From Dehalococcoidia bacterium (GTDB taxonomy: Bacteria > Chloroflexota > Dehalococcoidia > Lucifugimonadales > Lucifugimonadaceae): 64,000 nt of DNA. The stretch lies in assembly GCA_029940375.1 (NCBI GenBank), contig JAPYUX010000001.1, positions 184,362-248,361 of the forward strand, in the 5' to 3' direction. How positions within the stretch are numbered: position 1 is the stretch's first letter; each line of letters opens with the position of its first letter. The translations under genes and the position numbers were made by a program. Below, piece by piece: positions 10,088-20,116 of the stretch. The notes under the pieces are model-generated. The model saw only the letters and a program-made list of their open reading frames with translations, had not been told where the DNA came from and did no database searches.

Positions 10088-11142
10088 TACTTAATGGTTA
10101 ACATTTTGGTGGGATTAGCATGTACCATTTTGGTTATATTTTTTTTATCAATTTTTCTAGCTATCATCCAAGGGATTATGTGGTTTATAATATGATCAAA
10201 TCCGTGCCCACCGAACTCTTTGAGTCTATGTTTCGTACAGATATCATGAGCCAGTAGTATTTTATCTTCAAATCCAAGATCTATTAAAAATTCGATCATA
10301 TTTATTCTTTCATGATCACCTGGCATATATGTTTCAGGTGCCAGTGGATAGAAAGGACTATCATGTCCCCATAGATCTAAATTAAGATAGACTCCAGTAT
10401 CTGCAGTTTCTTTTAGTATTTTATTGTCAAAAATTGTTCTATCAATATGCCCCATTACGACATTATCTAAGTCGGCTCCTAATTCATCTATATATTTTAT
10501 TATCTCCAGAGGAGCAATTTGATTCCTTCCTGGATGAATCAATAATGGCAATCCCGTCTCTTTATGAGCTAAAACTGAAGCTTCCATTGAAAGTTTTTCA
10601 TTTTTGGTCCATGGCCAAGAACAACCTACTTCTCCTATAATTCCCGATTGAACGGTTGAATTATCTACGCCAATTTTTATATCCTTAATAATATTTTCAT
10701 ATAATCCTTCTAAACCATCTTTTGCATATCCTTTATTTTGTGCCAATTCAACATAATACCCGGTACCCATAACTATATTTACACCTGTTTTTTTACTTAT
10801 GCTCTCTAATTTTATTGGATTTCTACCAAGTCCTATATTTGTTACATCCACAATAGTTTTTCCTCCAGCATTTTTAAAGTAATTTAACTCATTGCAAGCT
10901 AAGTTTTCGTCATCATAAACCAAATTATCTTTAGAAGATGCCCAATTGAATCTTATCCATCCAATATTTTCTAATGACAGTTTTTTATCCATCATGTATT
11001 TTTCTTTAGGATTAAGTGGTTCTGTAAGTATCGCTTCAAAATTTATCAATATATGGTCATGCGTAGAAGTAATGCCAATTTCTTGAGGATCAATTGGACC
11101 TAAAACAGTCATTACTTTTCCAAAATTTTCATTATTTGACAT
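10087..11142 (-). CDS. Phosphotriesterase-family (PTE/Php) amidohydrolase, probable lactonase
   Basis: N-terminal GITSTHDHIL (PTE HxH metal motif), TIM-barrel length 351 aa, …LLAHD… near the C-terminus. Confidence 0.8.
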   Translation of the reverse strand: MSNNENFGKVMTVLGPIDPQEIGITSTHDHILINFEAILTEPLNPKEKYMMDKKLSLENIGWIRFNWASSKDNLVYDDENLACNELNYFKNAGGKTIVDVTNIGLGRNPIKLESISKKTGVNIVMGTGYYVELAQNKGYAKDGLEGLYENIIKDIKIGVDNSTVQSGIIGEVGCSWPWTKNEKLSMEASVLAHKETGLPLLIHPGRNQIAPLEIIKYIDELGADLDNVVMGHIDRTIFDNKILKETADTGVYLNLDLWGHDSPFYPLAPETYMPGDHERINMIEFLIDLGFEDKILLAHDICTKHRLKEFGGHGFDHIINHIIPWMIARKIDKKNITKMVHANPTKMLTIK

Positions 11143-11143
11143 T

Positions 11144-11842
11144 TTAAAAATCAGGTTCCATGCTTACATCTAATATTCCAATAGGCTTTCTATCGTCAGA
11201 ATACCACAAAGTATTATCTTTTATGGTCATTCCATGAACTTGTACAGGATGAGGAACTCTGAAACTATCATAAATCCTAGAATCAGAAAGTCTTATTCTA
11301 GCTACAATTCCCATTGCAGTATCTGCTACCCAAATGCATCCTTCTTCTTTTGACCAAGCAATTCCATGTACTCTATATCCAGGAACTTTTGTACGACTTA
11401 TTTCTTTCCAACTCTGAGGGTCCATGACGTGTATATATTGTGAAGGAGGTGATGCGACATAAAGTAAACCTTCTTTCCATTCCAAACCGTGATCTCCTGT
11501 GTTTTGATAATTTTCAGAATCGTGTTCTCTTGTAGCATTCATTCCTTGTCCAGGAGATTCAAATATCTCTATAGTCTCGCCAGATTTTGAATCAATTTTA
11601 TAAATCTTACAATTATATGTAGATGCTACCCAAATATTTCCCTCGTCATCTAATGTTATACCTGAAGATTTAACTGTTTCTGTTTCAAAACTTTTTATAG
11701 TCTTACCATTTGTCCAATCTAAGAGATAAACATAATTATTTCCTTGATCAATCACCCATAGTCCTTCTTCGGATGCCTGTAAACCATTAGGCTTAGGTCC
11801 AGGACAATTGAAAAGTTGAACTGGATCTGCAATTTTTGTCAT
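11144..11842 (-). CDS. Beta-propeller repeat protein (NHL/Vgb/glutamine-cyclotransferase-like), function unknown
   Basis: Repeated …G(I/L)W(V/Y)(A/S)D… blades (GLWVIDQ, NIWVAST, LLYVASP, CIWVADT, TLWYSDD). Confidence 0.6.
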   Translation of the reverse strand: MTKIADPVQLFNCPGPKPNGLQASEEGLWVIDQGNNYVYLLDWTNGKTIKSFETETVKSSGITLDDEGNIWVASTYNCKIYKIDSKSGETIEIFESPGQGMNATREHDSENYQNTGDHGLEWKEGLLYVASPPSQYIHVMDPQSWKEISRTKVPGYRVHGIAWSKEEGCIWVADTAMGIVARIRLSDSRIYDSFRVPHPVQVHGMTIKDNTLWYSDDRKPIGILDVSMEPDF

Positions 11843-11862
11843 ATCATTCTCCTTTATTTTCT

Positions 11863-13077
11863 TTATAATACGATAACTTTTTTCTCTGTATCTTTATTTG
11901 ACAGAAATTCATTTGACAGATTGACACCACACCCAAAATCATTACTTGCGTAAGCATATCCATTTTCAATTCTTGGGAGTTTATTTACAATTTTTTGATA
12001 CCATGTATTATTAAATGCTCTCACGGTTTCCTGAATTATTGTATTAGGAACATTTAATGAGAGCTGAATGGAGAAGGCTAGAGTTACAGGACCAACGCAG
12101 TCATGAGTTGCTATGGGTATATTATATGATTCAGCCATTGTACTGATCTTTTTAGCTTCAGAAAGTCCTCCTGTCCAAGATATGTCAAACATACATATTG
12201 TTGCTGCTCTTTTTTCGAACATCTCTCTAAACTGCCACCTGCTAGCTATGGTTTCAGATGCAGTTGTAGGAATGAAAGTAGATTTTTTAAATTGATATAA
12301 TATATCAAAATTATCCATAGGTATAGGATCTTCTATCCAGAATGGATTATATGGTTCAACTGACTTTGCTATTCTTATTGCAGATGGTAGATTCCAAAAT
12401 GAATGTAATTCAAGCATAACTTCCATTTTGCTTTTAAATTTTTCTCTAATTAATCTAAATGGTTCAGATCCTTCTTCTAGTTCAACAAGGTCAATCATAT
12501 TTCCATCATTATTTGGAACAAACTGATCAAAAGGCCAAATTTTCATTGCTGTAAAACCATCCTCTAATAAGCTTTCTGTTAATGCAATTGGATCATTTAT
12601 AAAAGCATATTGATCTTCATAGGGTTGATCTTTCTGATAATCAATATCTCCTGGTAGTTTTGAACCTGCGCGGTTAACTCCATAAGAATAGCCCGCACAA
12701 GTATTATAAACTTTTATTTTTTCTCTTGATAATCCTCCTAATAGATCATACAAAGGGACTTTTAATCTTTTAGCTTTTAGATCCCAGAGAGCCATATCTA
12801 TTGCGGATAATCCTCTCATTTCACCAGAATTACCTATTTTTATATGTGATCCGACTTTAGATAATTTTTTCCAATGCAAATCTATCTTAGAAGGATCTTT
12901 GCCTAAAAGATAATTAGAAGCCTCTCCCATAATGAACGCTTCTACTGTAGATGGATCGTATGAAGTTTCTCCAATACCTTCCAGACCATCATTTGTTTTG
13001 ATCAAAACCCAAATTATTTTTGGATAACTTGGGTTTCGTATAGTTGTTATTTGTTCAATTAATATATTCCTTGACAA
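11863..13077 (-). CDS. Enolase-superfamily enzyme (mandelate racemase/muconate lactonizing family; galactonate/mannonate dehydratase-like)
   Basis: …DGLEGIGE…, …AIDMALWDLKAK…PLYDLLGG…, …WIEDP…, …FDISWTGGLSEAKKI…IPIATHD…. Confidence 0.85.
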   Translation of the reverse strand: MSRNILIEQITTIRNPSYPKIIWVLIKTNDGLEGIGETSYDPSTVEAFIMGEASNYLLGKDPSKIDLHWKKLSKVGSHIKIGNSGEMRGLSAIDMALWDLKAKRLKVPLYDLLGGLSREKIKVYNTCAGYSYGVNRAGSKLPGDIDYQKDQPYEDQYAFINDPIALTESLLEDGFTAMKIWPFDQFVPNNDGNMIDLVELEEGSEPFRLIREKFKSKMEVMLELHSFWNLPSAIRIAKSVEPYNPFWIEDPIPMDNFDILYQFKKSTFIPTTASETIASRWQFREMFEKRAATICMFDISWTGGLSEAKKISTMAESYNIPIATHDCVGPVTLAFSIQLSLNVPNTIIQETVRAFNNTWYQKIVNKLPRIENGYAYASNDFGCGVNLSNEFLSNKDTEKKVIVL

Positions 13078-13086
13078 AATTTTTCC

Positions 13087-14109
13087 CTACAAAACAGGTT
13101 TATTTGCAGGCATTGCTTTCAGCATTTCCAATTGGGAAGTAACAGAAGGATTTTGAAGAGCAGTTGGTCTTTCTCCTCTTAATACTGCAGCTACCTGTTG
13201 AGAAGCTCTTCTACGTGACAACCAGGCCGAACGAGTAGATTGACCAGCAACGTGTGGGGCTACTATTACATTCGGCATACTGAACAATGGATTGTTAGGA
13301 TCTGCTGGCTCTTGTTCAAATACATCTAAACCAGCTCCACGAAACTTTTTATTGTTTAATGCATCGATCATTTCTTTTTCAACAACTACAGCGCCTCTAC
13401 ATACATTGACAAAAAACGCACCTGGTTTCATAAGATCAAATTGTTCTTTTCCAATCATATGGTGAGTTTCAGGATTAAGAGGAACAATTGTAACTACATA
13501 ATCAGACTTTTTAAAAATATCGTTTAAATTCCATACTTGTTCCACTCCATACTCTTTGATTAACCAAGGTGGACAGTAAGGATCATATACCAATGTTTTC
13601 ATTCTCCAGGCTCCCAATTTTCTAGCAATTTGTCTTCCTATATTTCCAAATCCAATAATACCAAGAGTTTGTTCATCTATTGGATCTATAGGACTAAATT
13701 CTGAGGCATTCCATTTGCCTCCATTCCTTAACTGCAAAGTATATTGAACCGTTTGTCTATTAAGTGCTAAAGCAAAAGTAACAGCTTGATTCGAGACTTC
13801 TTCTGCACACATGCCTGAACCATTTGTTATCATAACTCCATGTTCAGTAGCTGCTTCTGCATCAATATGATTAAACCCATGTGAGTAAACTGCTAATACC
13901 TTACATTTTTTAGTGGACTTGATGAATTGTTCACTACCCCAGCCAGCTCGATTCATAATTGCATCTGCATCTTTAACAACCTCCATTGCTTCACCTTCAG
14001 AAGATGGATTTGCTTTTACGAATTCTATATCTAGATCTGCCATTTCAGCTCTTTCATATTCTAACTTGTCATCTTCAGGTCCTAGAAATACTACTTTATA
14101 TTTAGCCAT
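13087..14109 (-). CDS. D-isomer-specific 2-hydroxyacid dehydrogenase family protein
   Basis: NAD fold GIIGFGNIGRQIARKL; …FVNVCRGAVV…, …LDVFEQEP…APHVAG…. Confidence 0.85.
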   Translation of the reverse strand: MAKYKVVFLGPEDDKLEYERAEMADLDIEFVKANPSSEGEAMEVVKDADAIMNRAGWGSEQFIKSTKKCKVLAVYSHGFNHIDAEAATEHGVMITNGSGMCAEEVSNQAVTFALALNRQTVQYTLQLRNGGKWNASEFSPIDPIDEQTLGIIGFGNIGRQIARKLGAWRMKTLVYDPYCPPWLIKEYGVEQVWNLNDIFKKSDYVVTIVPLNPETHHMIGKEQFDLMKPGAFFVNVCRGAVVVEKEMIDALNNKKFRGAGLDVFEQEPADPNNPLFSMPNVIVAPHVAGQSTRSAWLSRRRASQQVAAVLRGERPTALQNPSVTSQLEMLKAMPANKPVL

Positions 14110-14267
14110 TTATAATCCTTTCGTATTTATGTTCTGTTTTCATATAATTTATTCTAATTGCATATATCGTATAAAATTATTTTTAAAAATATATTCCATT
14201 TAGTTATAAAAAATAACATTTTCTACTTGTTTTTATATAAATTAAAATAAAAAGAAAAAAAATACCT

Positions 14268-15386
14268 ATGATGAATCAACTTTTAGATACTTTTAGGGAA
14301 CTATCAAAACTTCCTACAACATCATTTTATGAACAAAAAATTTTGAAATACATAAAAACTAAACTTGCTTCATATAAAATAGAATTTCACCAAGATTCCT
14401 GGGGGAATATTATTGCTGAAGTTAATGGCAAAACTCCAAATGAAATAGTATTTATATCCCACACAGATCATCCTGGATTTGAAATTATATCTAGACATAA
14501 AAAGAATGTTTATTTAGCAAAAGCTTTAGGGGGATTGCCAAAAAATTGTGTAACCAATCAAGCGAATGTAAAAATAATTTCAAATAAATCTGATTTATTT
14601 AATGGGAAGATTATAAATTTTTATTCTAAAGAAAATACAAAAACAAATACCCCAAAGAATTATAGATGGATGACTTCAGAATTTGTTTTAATTGAATGTG
14701 ATTCGGAAAATATTAATTTACCAAGTTTTGCTGTATTTGATTTACCAGAAACCAAATATTTCGGAGAAAGAATTGTTACTCCTGTGGCTGACGATTTGGC
14801 TGGATGTGCTCTAATCATTGAAACATTGAATAAATTAAATAAAAGTTCTAATAAATATTCTTTTAAGGGTATTTTCTCTAGAGCTGAAGAAGTAGGACTT
14901 ATAGGTGCAAGATTAATTGCAGCTAATGAATTGATTGATAAAAATTCTATAATTGTTTCTGTTGAAACTAGTAGTGAATTACCTGGTGCAAATTTCGGTA
15001 AAGGCCCAATAATAAGAACTGGAGATCGAATAACAACTTTTGACAATAAAGCTGAACTTGTACTATTACAATCGGTGAAAGAAATATTAAAAAGAGATGT
15101 AAATTTTGCTTATCAAAGACAACTCATGAGTGCAGGAGGATGCGAAGCATCTGCTTTTGCAGTTTTCGGATATTCAGTTACAGGATTAGCATTACCTTTG
15201 CGTAATTGGCATAATGGTAATGAACAAGGAGATGTTGAGTCTGAAGAGATAAGTTTGTTAGATTATGAGAATGCATATAAAATTATGACAAACTTAGGAA
15301 AATTAGATATTGTAGAAATGAAAGATTATTTTAAAAATCTTATGATAATTCCTGAAGATGCCAAAAAATTAATTAATGAGGAGTAA
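14268..15386 (+). CDS. M42-family metallopeptidase (FrvX/glutamyl aminopeptidase-like)
   Basis: …DSWGNIIAEVNG…FISHTDHPGF… and …SRAEEVGLIGARL… match M42 metal-ligand blocks. Confidence 0.75.
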   Translation: MMNQLLDTFRELSKLPTTSFYEQKILKYIKTKLASYKIEFHQDSWGNIIAEVNGKTPNEIVFISHTDHPGFEIISRHKKNVYLAKALGGLPKNCVTNQANVKIISNKSDLFNGKIINFYSKENTKTNTPKNYRWMTSEFVLIECDSENINLPSFAVFDLPETKYFGERIVTPVADDLAGCALIIETLNKLNKSSNKYSFKGIFSRAEEVGLIGARLIAANELIDKNSIIVSVETSSELPGANFGKGPIIRTGDRITTFDNKAELVLLQSVKEILKRDVNFAYQRQLMSAGGCEASAFAVFGYSVTGLALPLRNWHNGNEQGDVESEEISLLDYENAYKIMTNLGKLDIVEMKDYFKNLMIIPEDAKKLINEE

Positions 15387-15388
15387 TT

Positions 15389-17023
15389 ATGCCTGAGATT
15401 GATGGATCTTATTTGGTTGCGAAAACACTTAAAGAGGAAGGTACAGAGTGTTTGTTTTATCTAATGGGAGGACCAAATTATGAAATTGTAAATAATTCTG
15501 AAGATTTTGGAATAAAGACTTATGATTTTCGACACGAACAGGCCGCTGCAATGTCAGCACATGCATATACCAGAGTTACAGGTAAACCAGGTGTAACAAC
15601 TGCTGCTTCAGGTCCAGGAACCTTAAATTTATTGACAGGACAATATAATGCTTTTGTGGATTGTGCTCCTATGATCACTTTGGGTGGTGCAGGGCCATTA
15701 AAAGATTTTTACAGAGGGGGATTCCAAGAGATAGATCAATTGGCCATTTTCGAAAAAGTATCTAAAGCCACTTTTAGACCTACCTCAGCTAAACAATACC
15801 CTCAAATAGTTTCTCATGCTTTCAGAATTGCTACATCTGGTAGACCTGGCCCCGTTTATATAGATTGTAATGAAGATGTTTTATATGAAAAAGTTATCGA
15901 AAAAAATTTAAACCAGCCCACTAGATCTTCTGAAAAATCATCTCCAAATGGTGATCCTGAATTAATTTCAAAATCTATAAATTTATTAAAAAAAGCTAAT
16001 GCTCCAATTATACTTGCAGGAGGAGGCACTTTTTGGTCTGACTCTTCAAATGAATTGAAACAGTTAATAGATAATTCTGGAATACCATTTTATACCACTC
16101 CAATGACTAGAGGAATAGTATCTGACGACCATCCTTTTTCCTATCCTGCAGCGAGATCTAGTGCTTTTAAAGAAACAGATTTTGTCCTAGTTCTAGGAAC
16201 AAGATTTAATTGGATTATGACTTATGGCAATAGAATAAATCCCGAAGCAAAAATCATACAGGTAGACATTTTTGAAGAAGAAATTGCACATAATAGAGAA
16301 GTGACACTAGGAATTGTAGGGGATTGCAAAAAAGTAATAAATCAATTAAATGAAGAATTATTAAAACAAAATATAAAGTCAAGTCAATGGGAACCATGGA
16401 GAAATAATTTGTCTGAACTAGAAAAATCTAGACTAGAGAAAGTAAAACCTCTAGAAGAATCTTCTCAATCTCCGATTCATCCCTTAAGACTATGTAAAGA
16501 ATTAAGAGAAATAATGGACCCTTCGTCCATAATTAGTATAGATGGAAACGAAATATTACATTATGGAAGACAAAGTATTCCTTGTTACAAGCCGGGACAT
16601 TCAATCAACTCAGGTCCAACAGGATGTATGGGTGTAGGATTGCCTTACGCAATCGGTGCTAAAATAGCAAAACCTAACAATCAGGTATTTTCTTTACATG
16701 GCGATGGATCATTAGGAATGAATATTCAAGATTTTGATACTGCTGTAAGACATAATCTGCCAATTGTAATAGTGGTTTCTAATAATGAAGGATGGACAGC
16801 AAGAGTTGAAGGAATTAGAAAACCGGGAAGAGAATTAGGTTTTACTAGATTTGATTTGATTGCAGAAGCTATGGGAGGTTACGGTGAATTAGTCAAAAAA
16901 CCCGAAGAAATCAAACCAGCAATTGAAAGAGCGATAAATTCAAACCTTCCTTCTATAATAAATGTGCACACAGATCCTACTGCTAGAGCTATTTCCAAAT
17001 TTATTGGCTCAAAAATGGAGTAA
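15389..17023 (+). CDS. Thiamine-diphosphate-dependent enzyme (acetolactate synthase / oxalyl-CoA decarboxylase-like)
   Basis: N-terminal Pyr domain (…HEQAAAMSAHAYTRVTGKPGV…GPGTLNL…), C-terminal ThDP motif GDGSLGMN…NN. Confidence 0.85.
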   Translation: MPEIDGSYLVAKTLKEEGTECLFYLMGGPNYEIVNNSEDFGIKTYDFRHEQAAAMSAHAYTRVTGKPGVTTAASGPGTLNLLTGQYNAFVDCAPMITLGGAGPLKDFYRGGFQEIDQLAIFEKVSKATFRPTSAKQYPQIVSHAFRIATSGRPGPVYIDCNEDVLYEKVIEKNLNQPTRSSEKSSPNGDPELISKSINLLKKANAPIILAGGGTFWSDSSNELKQLIDNSGIPFYTTPMTRGIVSDDHPFSYPAARSSAFKETDFVLVLGTRFNWIMTYGNRINPEAKIIQVDIFEEEIAHNREVTLGIVGDCKKVINQLNEELLKQNIKSSQWEPWRNNLSELEKSRLEKVKPLEESSQSPIHPLRLCKELREIMDPSSIISIDGNEILHYGRQSIPCYKPGHSINSGPTGCMGVGLPYAIGAKIAKPNNQVFSLHGDGSLGMNIQDFDTAVRHNLPIVIVVSNNEGWTARVEGIRKPGRELGFTRFDLIAEAMGGYGELVKKPEEIKPAIERAINSNLPSIINVHTDPTARAISKFIGSKME

Positions 17024-17024
17024 T

Positions 17025-17822
17025 TTATCTTTCGGTGATAATGCCTCCATTTATATTAATTGACTGTCCTGATATATATTTTGATTTATTTGATGCAAGA
17101 AAATATATCAAATCTGCCACTTCGAAATCTTCTCCTATTCTTTTTAAGGGGATGGTATTCTTTAGTTTTTGAAGGTTTTTTTTACTTAATTTATCTAATC
17201 GTGCGGTTAGTATGGGTCCAGGGGCTACACAATTAACCCTTATACTATTGCTAGCTAACTCCTTTGCCAAAGCTTGACTAAAACCCTCTAGTCCAAAATT
17301 AGCTGCATTATACGCAGCCATATTAGCATTTCCAGATTTTCCAGCTGTTGAAGAAATACTTATGATTGATCCTTCAATTTTGCTATCAACCATGTATCTA
17401 GCTACTAATTTTGTAATATAAAAAGCACCAAACAATTTTACTTTAATAACCTTCATAAACTCTTTATTATCTAAATTTATTACTGGAACTCTATCTTCAC
17501 CTATACCCGTTGAAGCATTATTAACAAGAACATCTATTCTATTGAATTTTTCTATAATGAGACTGAATGCTGACTTCACCTCAATTTCATTGGAAATATC
17601 TAATTCTATAGGTAAGACCTCTACATTGAATTTTTCTAATTTTTTTGCCAATGAATTTACTCCGGTCCAGTTGATCTTCTTTTCATATTTTGGGAATGAT
17701 TTTTGATCTCTTTTTGTTCCGGTTATAACTATGTCATAATTATTTTTTGCAAATAAAAGTGCAGTAGATGCTCCAATTCCCTTTAATCTACTTGCTCCCG
17801 TTATAAAAGCTACTTTTCTCAT
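17025..17822 (-). CDS. Short-chain dehydrogenase/reductase family protein with non-canonical YxxxN in place of YxxxK
   Basis: TGASRLKGIG cofactor motif, NNAS, S-x-Y; active-site stretch reads AAYNAANFG (DNA 17298-17312 confirms tat aat gca gct aat). Confidence 0.8.
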   Translation of the reverse strand: MRKVAFITGASRLKGIGASTALLFAKNNYDIVITGTKRDQKSFPKYEKKINWTGVNSLAKKLEKFNVEVLPIELDISNEIEVKSAFSLIIEKFNRIDVLVNNASTGIGEDRVPVINLDNKEFMKVIKVKLFGAFYITKLVARYMVDSKIEGSIISISSTAGKSGNANMAAYNAANFGLEGFSQALAKELASNSIRVNCVAPGPILTARLDKLSKKNLQKLKNTIPLKRIGEDFEVADLIYFLASNKSKYISGQSININGGIITER

Positions 17823-17872
17823 AATGAAATTTTATAATGATTTCTATATTAATTATTTTACAGGCTTAATAA

Positions 17873-18382
17873 ATGGATATTAATTTTAATAATCCAAATT
17901 TAGATTCAGACATAGTTAAAACAATAATTCGGAAATATTCCCGAAGAGATTTTATACTTTTAAAAGACGAACAACTTACATCTGAAGAGTTTCAAGAATT
18001 ATTAAATGAAATTGATTTCAACATCACTGAATTGTCATTTACCTCTTCCTCAATTTATTCAGATCGGATGGATTTAGATCTATGTACAAAAATCTTTGAA
18101 TGTATTTGTACCATTTATGATTCACTTGAAACATTCATAAATTCAGATAAAAGATTTTATTTTAACATTTCTGAAAGTCGGAGATATGAAAAAGTGAAAA
18201 CCTCAATTCTTCCATATATAGAAAAAATTGGAAAACTTATATGTATGTTTCCTATTACTGATTTGGCAAATATACCTTTTATGGAAACTAAAATTCTTCT
18301 AGAAATACAAAAAAAATTCAATAAACTTCATCATAGTGATATAAGATCGATAATATCTTTATGGGAATCTGATGAAATTTAA
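17873..18382 (+). CDS. Hypothetical protein (169 aa)
   Basis: Uninterrupted ORF in AT-rich DNA; no motif recognised. Confidence 0.5.
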   Translation: MDINFNNPNLDSDIVKTIIRKYSRRDFILLKDEQLTSEEFQELLNEIDFNITELSFTSSSIYSDRMDLDLCTKIFECICTIYDSLETFINSDKRFYFNISESRRYEKVKTSILPYIEKIGKLICMFPITDLANIPFMETKILLEIQKKFNKLHHSDIRSIISLWESDEI

Positions 18383-18452
18383 CATTTTCTAAACAATAGA
18401 TATTTTTAAATTTCAATTATAATTAAATTTGTAAACTACAAAACAACAAAAG

Positions 18453-18938
18453 ATGTTTCATTGGATAAATCATAATTCTCTTTATATTATTGCTTTTTTA
18501 TTTCCAATTATTTTATCTATAATTTTTTATAATTATTTAAGTAAAAATAAATTAATATTATTGTCGGCATTTCTATTATTATTAGTGATATCTATTACCA
18601 CTAAAATTCTTATTGAACCTGGAAATAAAACAAATTCATTAGAAATAAATTCTATACTATCCGATGACAAACCTATGGTTATAGAATTTTATTCACCAAA
18701 CTGTATGGGATGTGTAATAAGTGAAAAACCATTTTTAGATTTTCAAAAATCATATTCAGAAAGATTTACTTCCTTTCAAATTGACATATATGATAAAAAA
18801 TATTCAGATTTAATTCGAAAATATGAGATAATTTCAACCCCGACTTTTGTATTAATTCATAAAGGTAAATTAGTTGATAAATATGTGGGATTACTGACCA
18901 ATAAAGAAAAACTTTATATAAGGTTTAAGGATAAGTAA
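18453..18938 (+). CDS. Membrane-anchored thioredoxin-like protein (CxxC)
   Basis: Two N-terminal TM helices; EFYSPNCMGC active-site-like motif and cis-Pro STPTFVLI. Confidence 0.65.
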   Translation: MFHWINHNSLYIIAFLFPIILSIIFYNYLSKNKLILLSAFLLLLVISITTKILIEPGNKTNSLEINSILSDDKPMVIEFYSPNCMGCVISEKPFLDFQKSYSERFTSFQIDIYDKKYSDLIRKYEIISTPTFVLIHKGKLVDKYVGLLTNKEKLYIRFKDK

Positions 18939-18940
18939 AT

Positions 18941-20062
18941 TTACAAAATTTCATTAAGTTTTTCAGCGATTATATCTATTTCAAGTTCATTTAAACTATG
19001 AACAACAATATTAATTTCTTCATCATAATTATGTTTCCCTACAAAAATTTTTGGTTCTCCGTTTTCTAAAAATTCCCTAATTTCTTTTGTAGTTGGTCCT
19101 TCATAACTATCCTTTTGAAAAGACAAAATAATATTTGGACCTTGTCTATTTGGATAATCATTTTCAATATTTATTACCATTCCTTTTTTAGGGTCAATTT
19201 GTTCTTTAAGAGATTTTGCTTTTCCCATCCAAAGTTTATTTTCCGTGCTCTCGTCTTCTTCAATGAAAAGCTTAATAGCTGTTATCAATCCTATGACATT
19301 TTCTTTAGAAACTTTCATGGGTCGTCCAATCCCAGACCATTCTGGAGTAAGATTTTGAAAACTATTAACAAATGCTCCATCTATAATTTCTCTAGTTCCA
19401 GCCAAAATTCCCGTTGATTGAGGACCTCCGATACCCTTTCCACCACTGAAGGCCACTGCATCTGCTCCTAATTCTATGAACTTAGATAGATTTTCTCTAG
19501 GAGGAAGCTCTGCAGCTGCATCGACTAAGAAATACAATCCTTTTTCATGTGCGATTTCAATGGTTTCTTTCATTCCAAACCCTTTGTCAAAAAATGGAGC
19601 AAGAACATATGCAATAGCACAGGTTTTATCGGTTATTTTGTCAAATAGATTCTCATTTGTATATTCTACTAGTTTAGATCCTGGAATTTCAAAAGAACTA
19701 TCATATCTATTTCTTTGACCTTTATGTATAAGAATTTCATTCCTTTTGTGTTCCTTATTAGGCAATTTTTTTGCCTCTTCAATATCGGTACCTGTTAGGC
19801 AAGCAGCAGACATCAAAACAATAGCAGATGCACAACCATTTGTGATCAATGCTCCATCAGATTTACATATTTTAGCAATAAATTTTCCTGCCTCTTCATT
19901 TAATTTTTCAAGCTCTATAAATACTGTACTTGCTTCTTCAATGGATTTAATTACTTCCGGTTTCATTATGCTTCCACCTAAAGATGTAACCCAGCTTTGT
20001 GCATTGATAACTGGTTTTATACCCAAATCTTTATAAACGTTTGGCCAATTTCTATATCTCAT
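18941..20062 (-). CDS. SelA-like PLP-dependent enzyme (L-seryl-tRNA selenium transferase-related / DgaE-like), lacks SelA N-terminal domain
   Basis: …VAFSGGKGIGGPQSTGILAG… matches the SelA-family PLP-lysine block FSGDKLLGGPQAG; only 373 aa. Confidence 0.7.
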   Translation of the reverse strand: MRYRNWPNVYKDLGIKPVINAQSWVTSLGGSIMKPEVIKSIEEASTVFIELEKLNEEAGKFIAKICKSDGALITNGCASAIVLMSAACLTGTDIEEAKKLPNKEHKRNEILIHKGQRNRYDSSFEIPGSKLVEYTNENLFDKITDKTCAIAYVLAPFFDKGFGMKETIEIAHEKGLYFLVDAAAELPPRENLSKFIELGADAVAFSGGKGIGGPQSTGILAGTREIIDGAFVNSFQNLTPEWSGIGRPMKVSKENVIGLITAIKLFIEEDESTENKLWMGKAKSLKEQIDPKKGMVINIENDYPNRQGPNIILSFQKDSYEGPTTKEIREFLENGEPKIFVGKHNYDEEINIVVHSLNELEIDIIAEKLNEIL

Positions 20063-20116
20063 AACAATTTCCTTATTAAAATAATATTAAATAATTAAAA
20101 CATTAATTTTTCAAAT

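Noticed and set aside
14110-14267. Possible third copy of the 31055/33003 promoter element (TTCTAC … AAATTAAAATAA)
   Set aside because: Only two short blocks match, and they are separated by a 12-nt insertion. This cannot be distinguished from AT-rich background.
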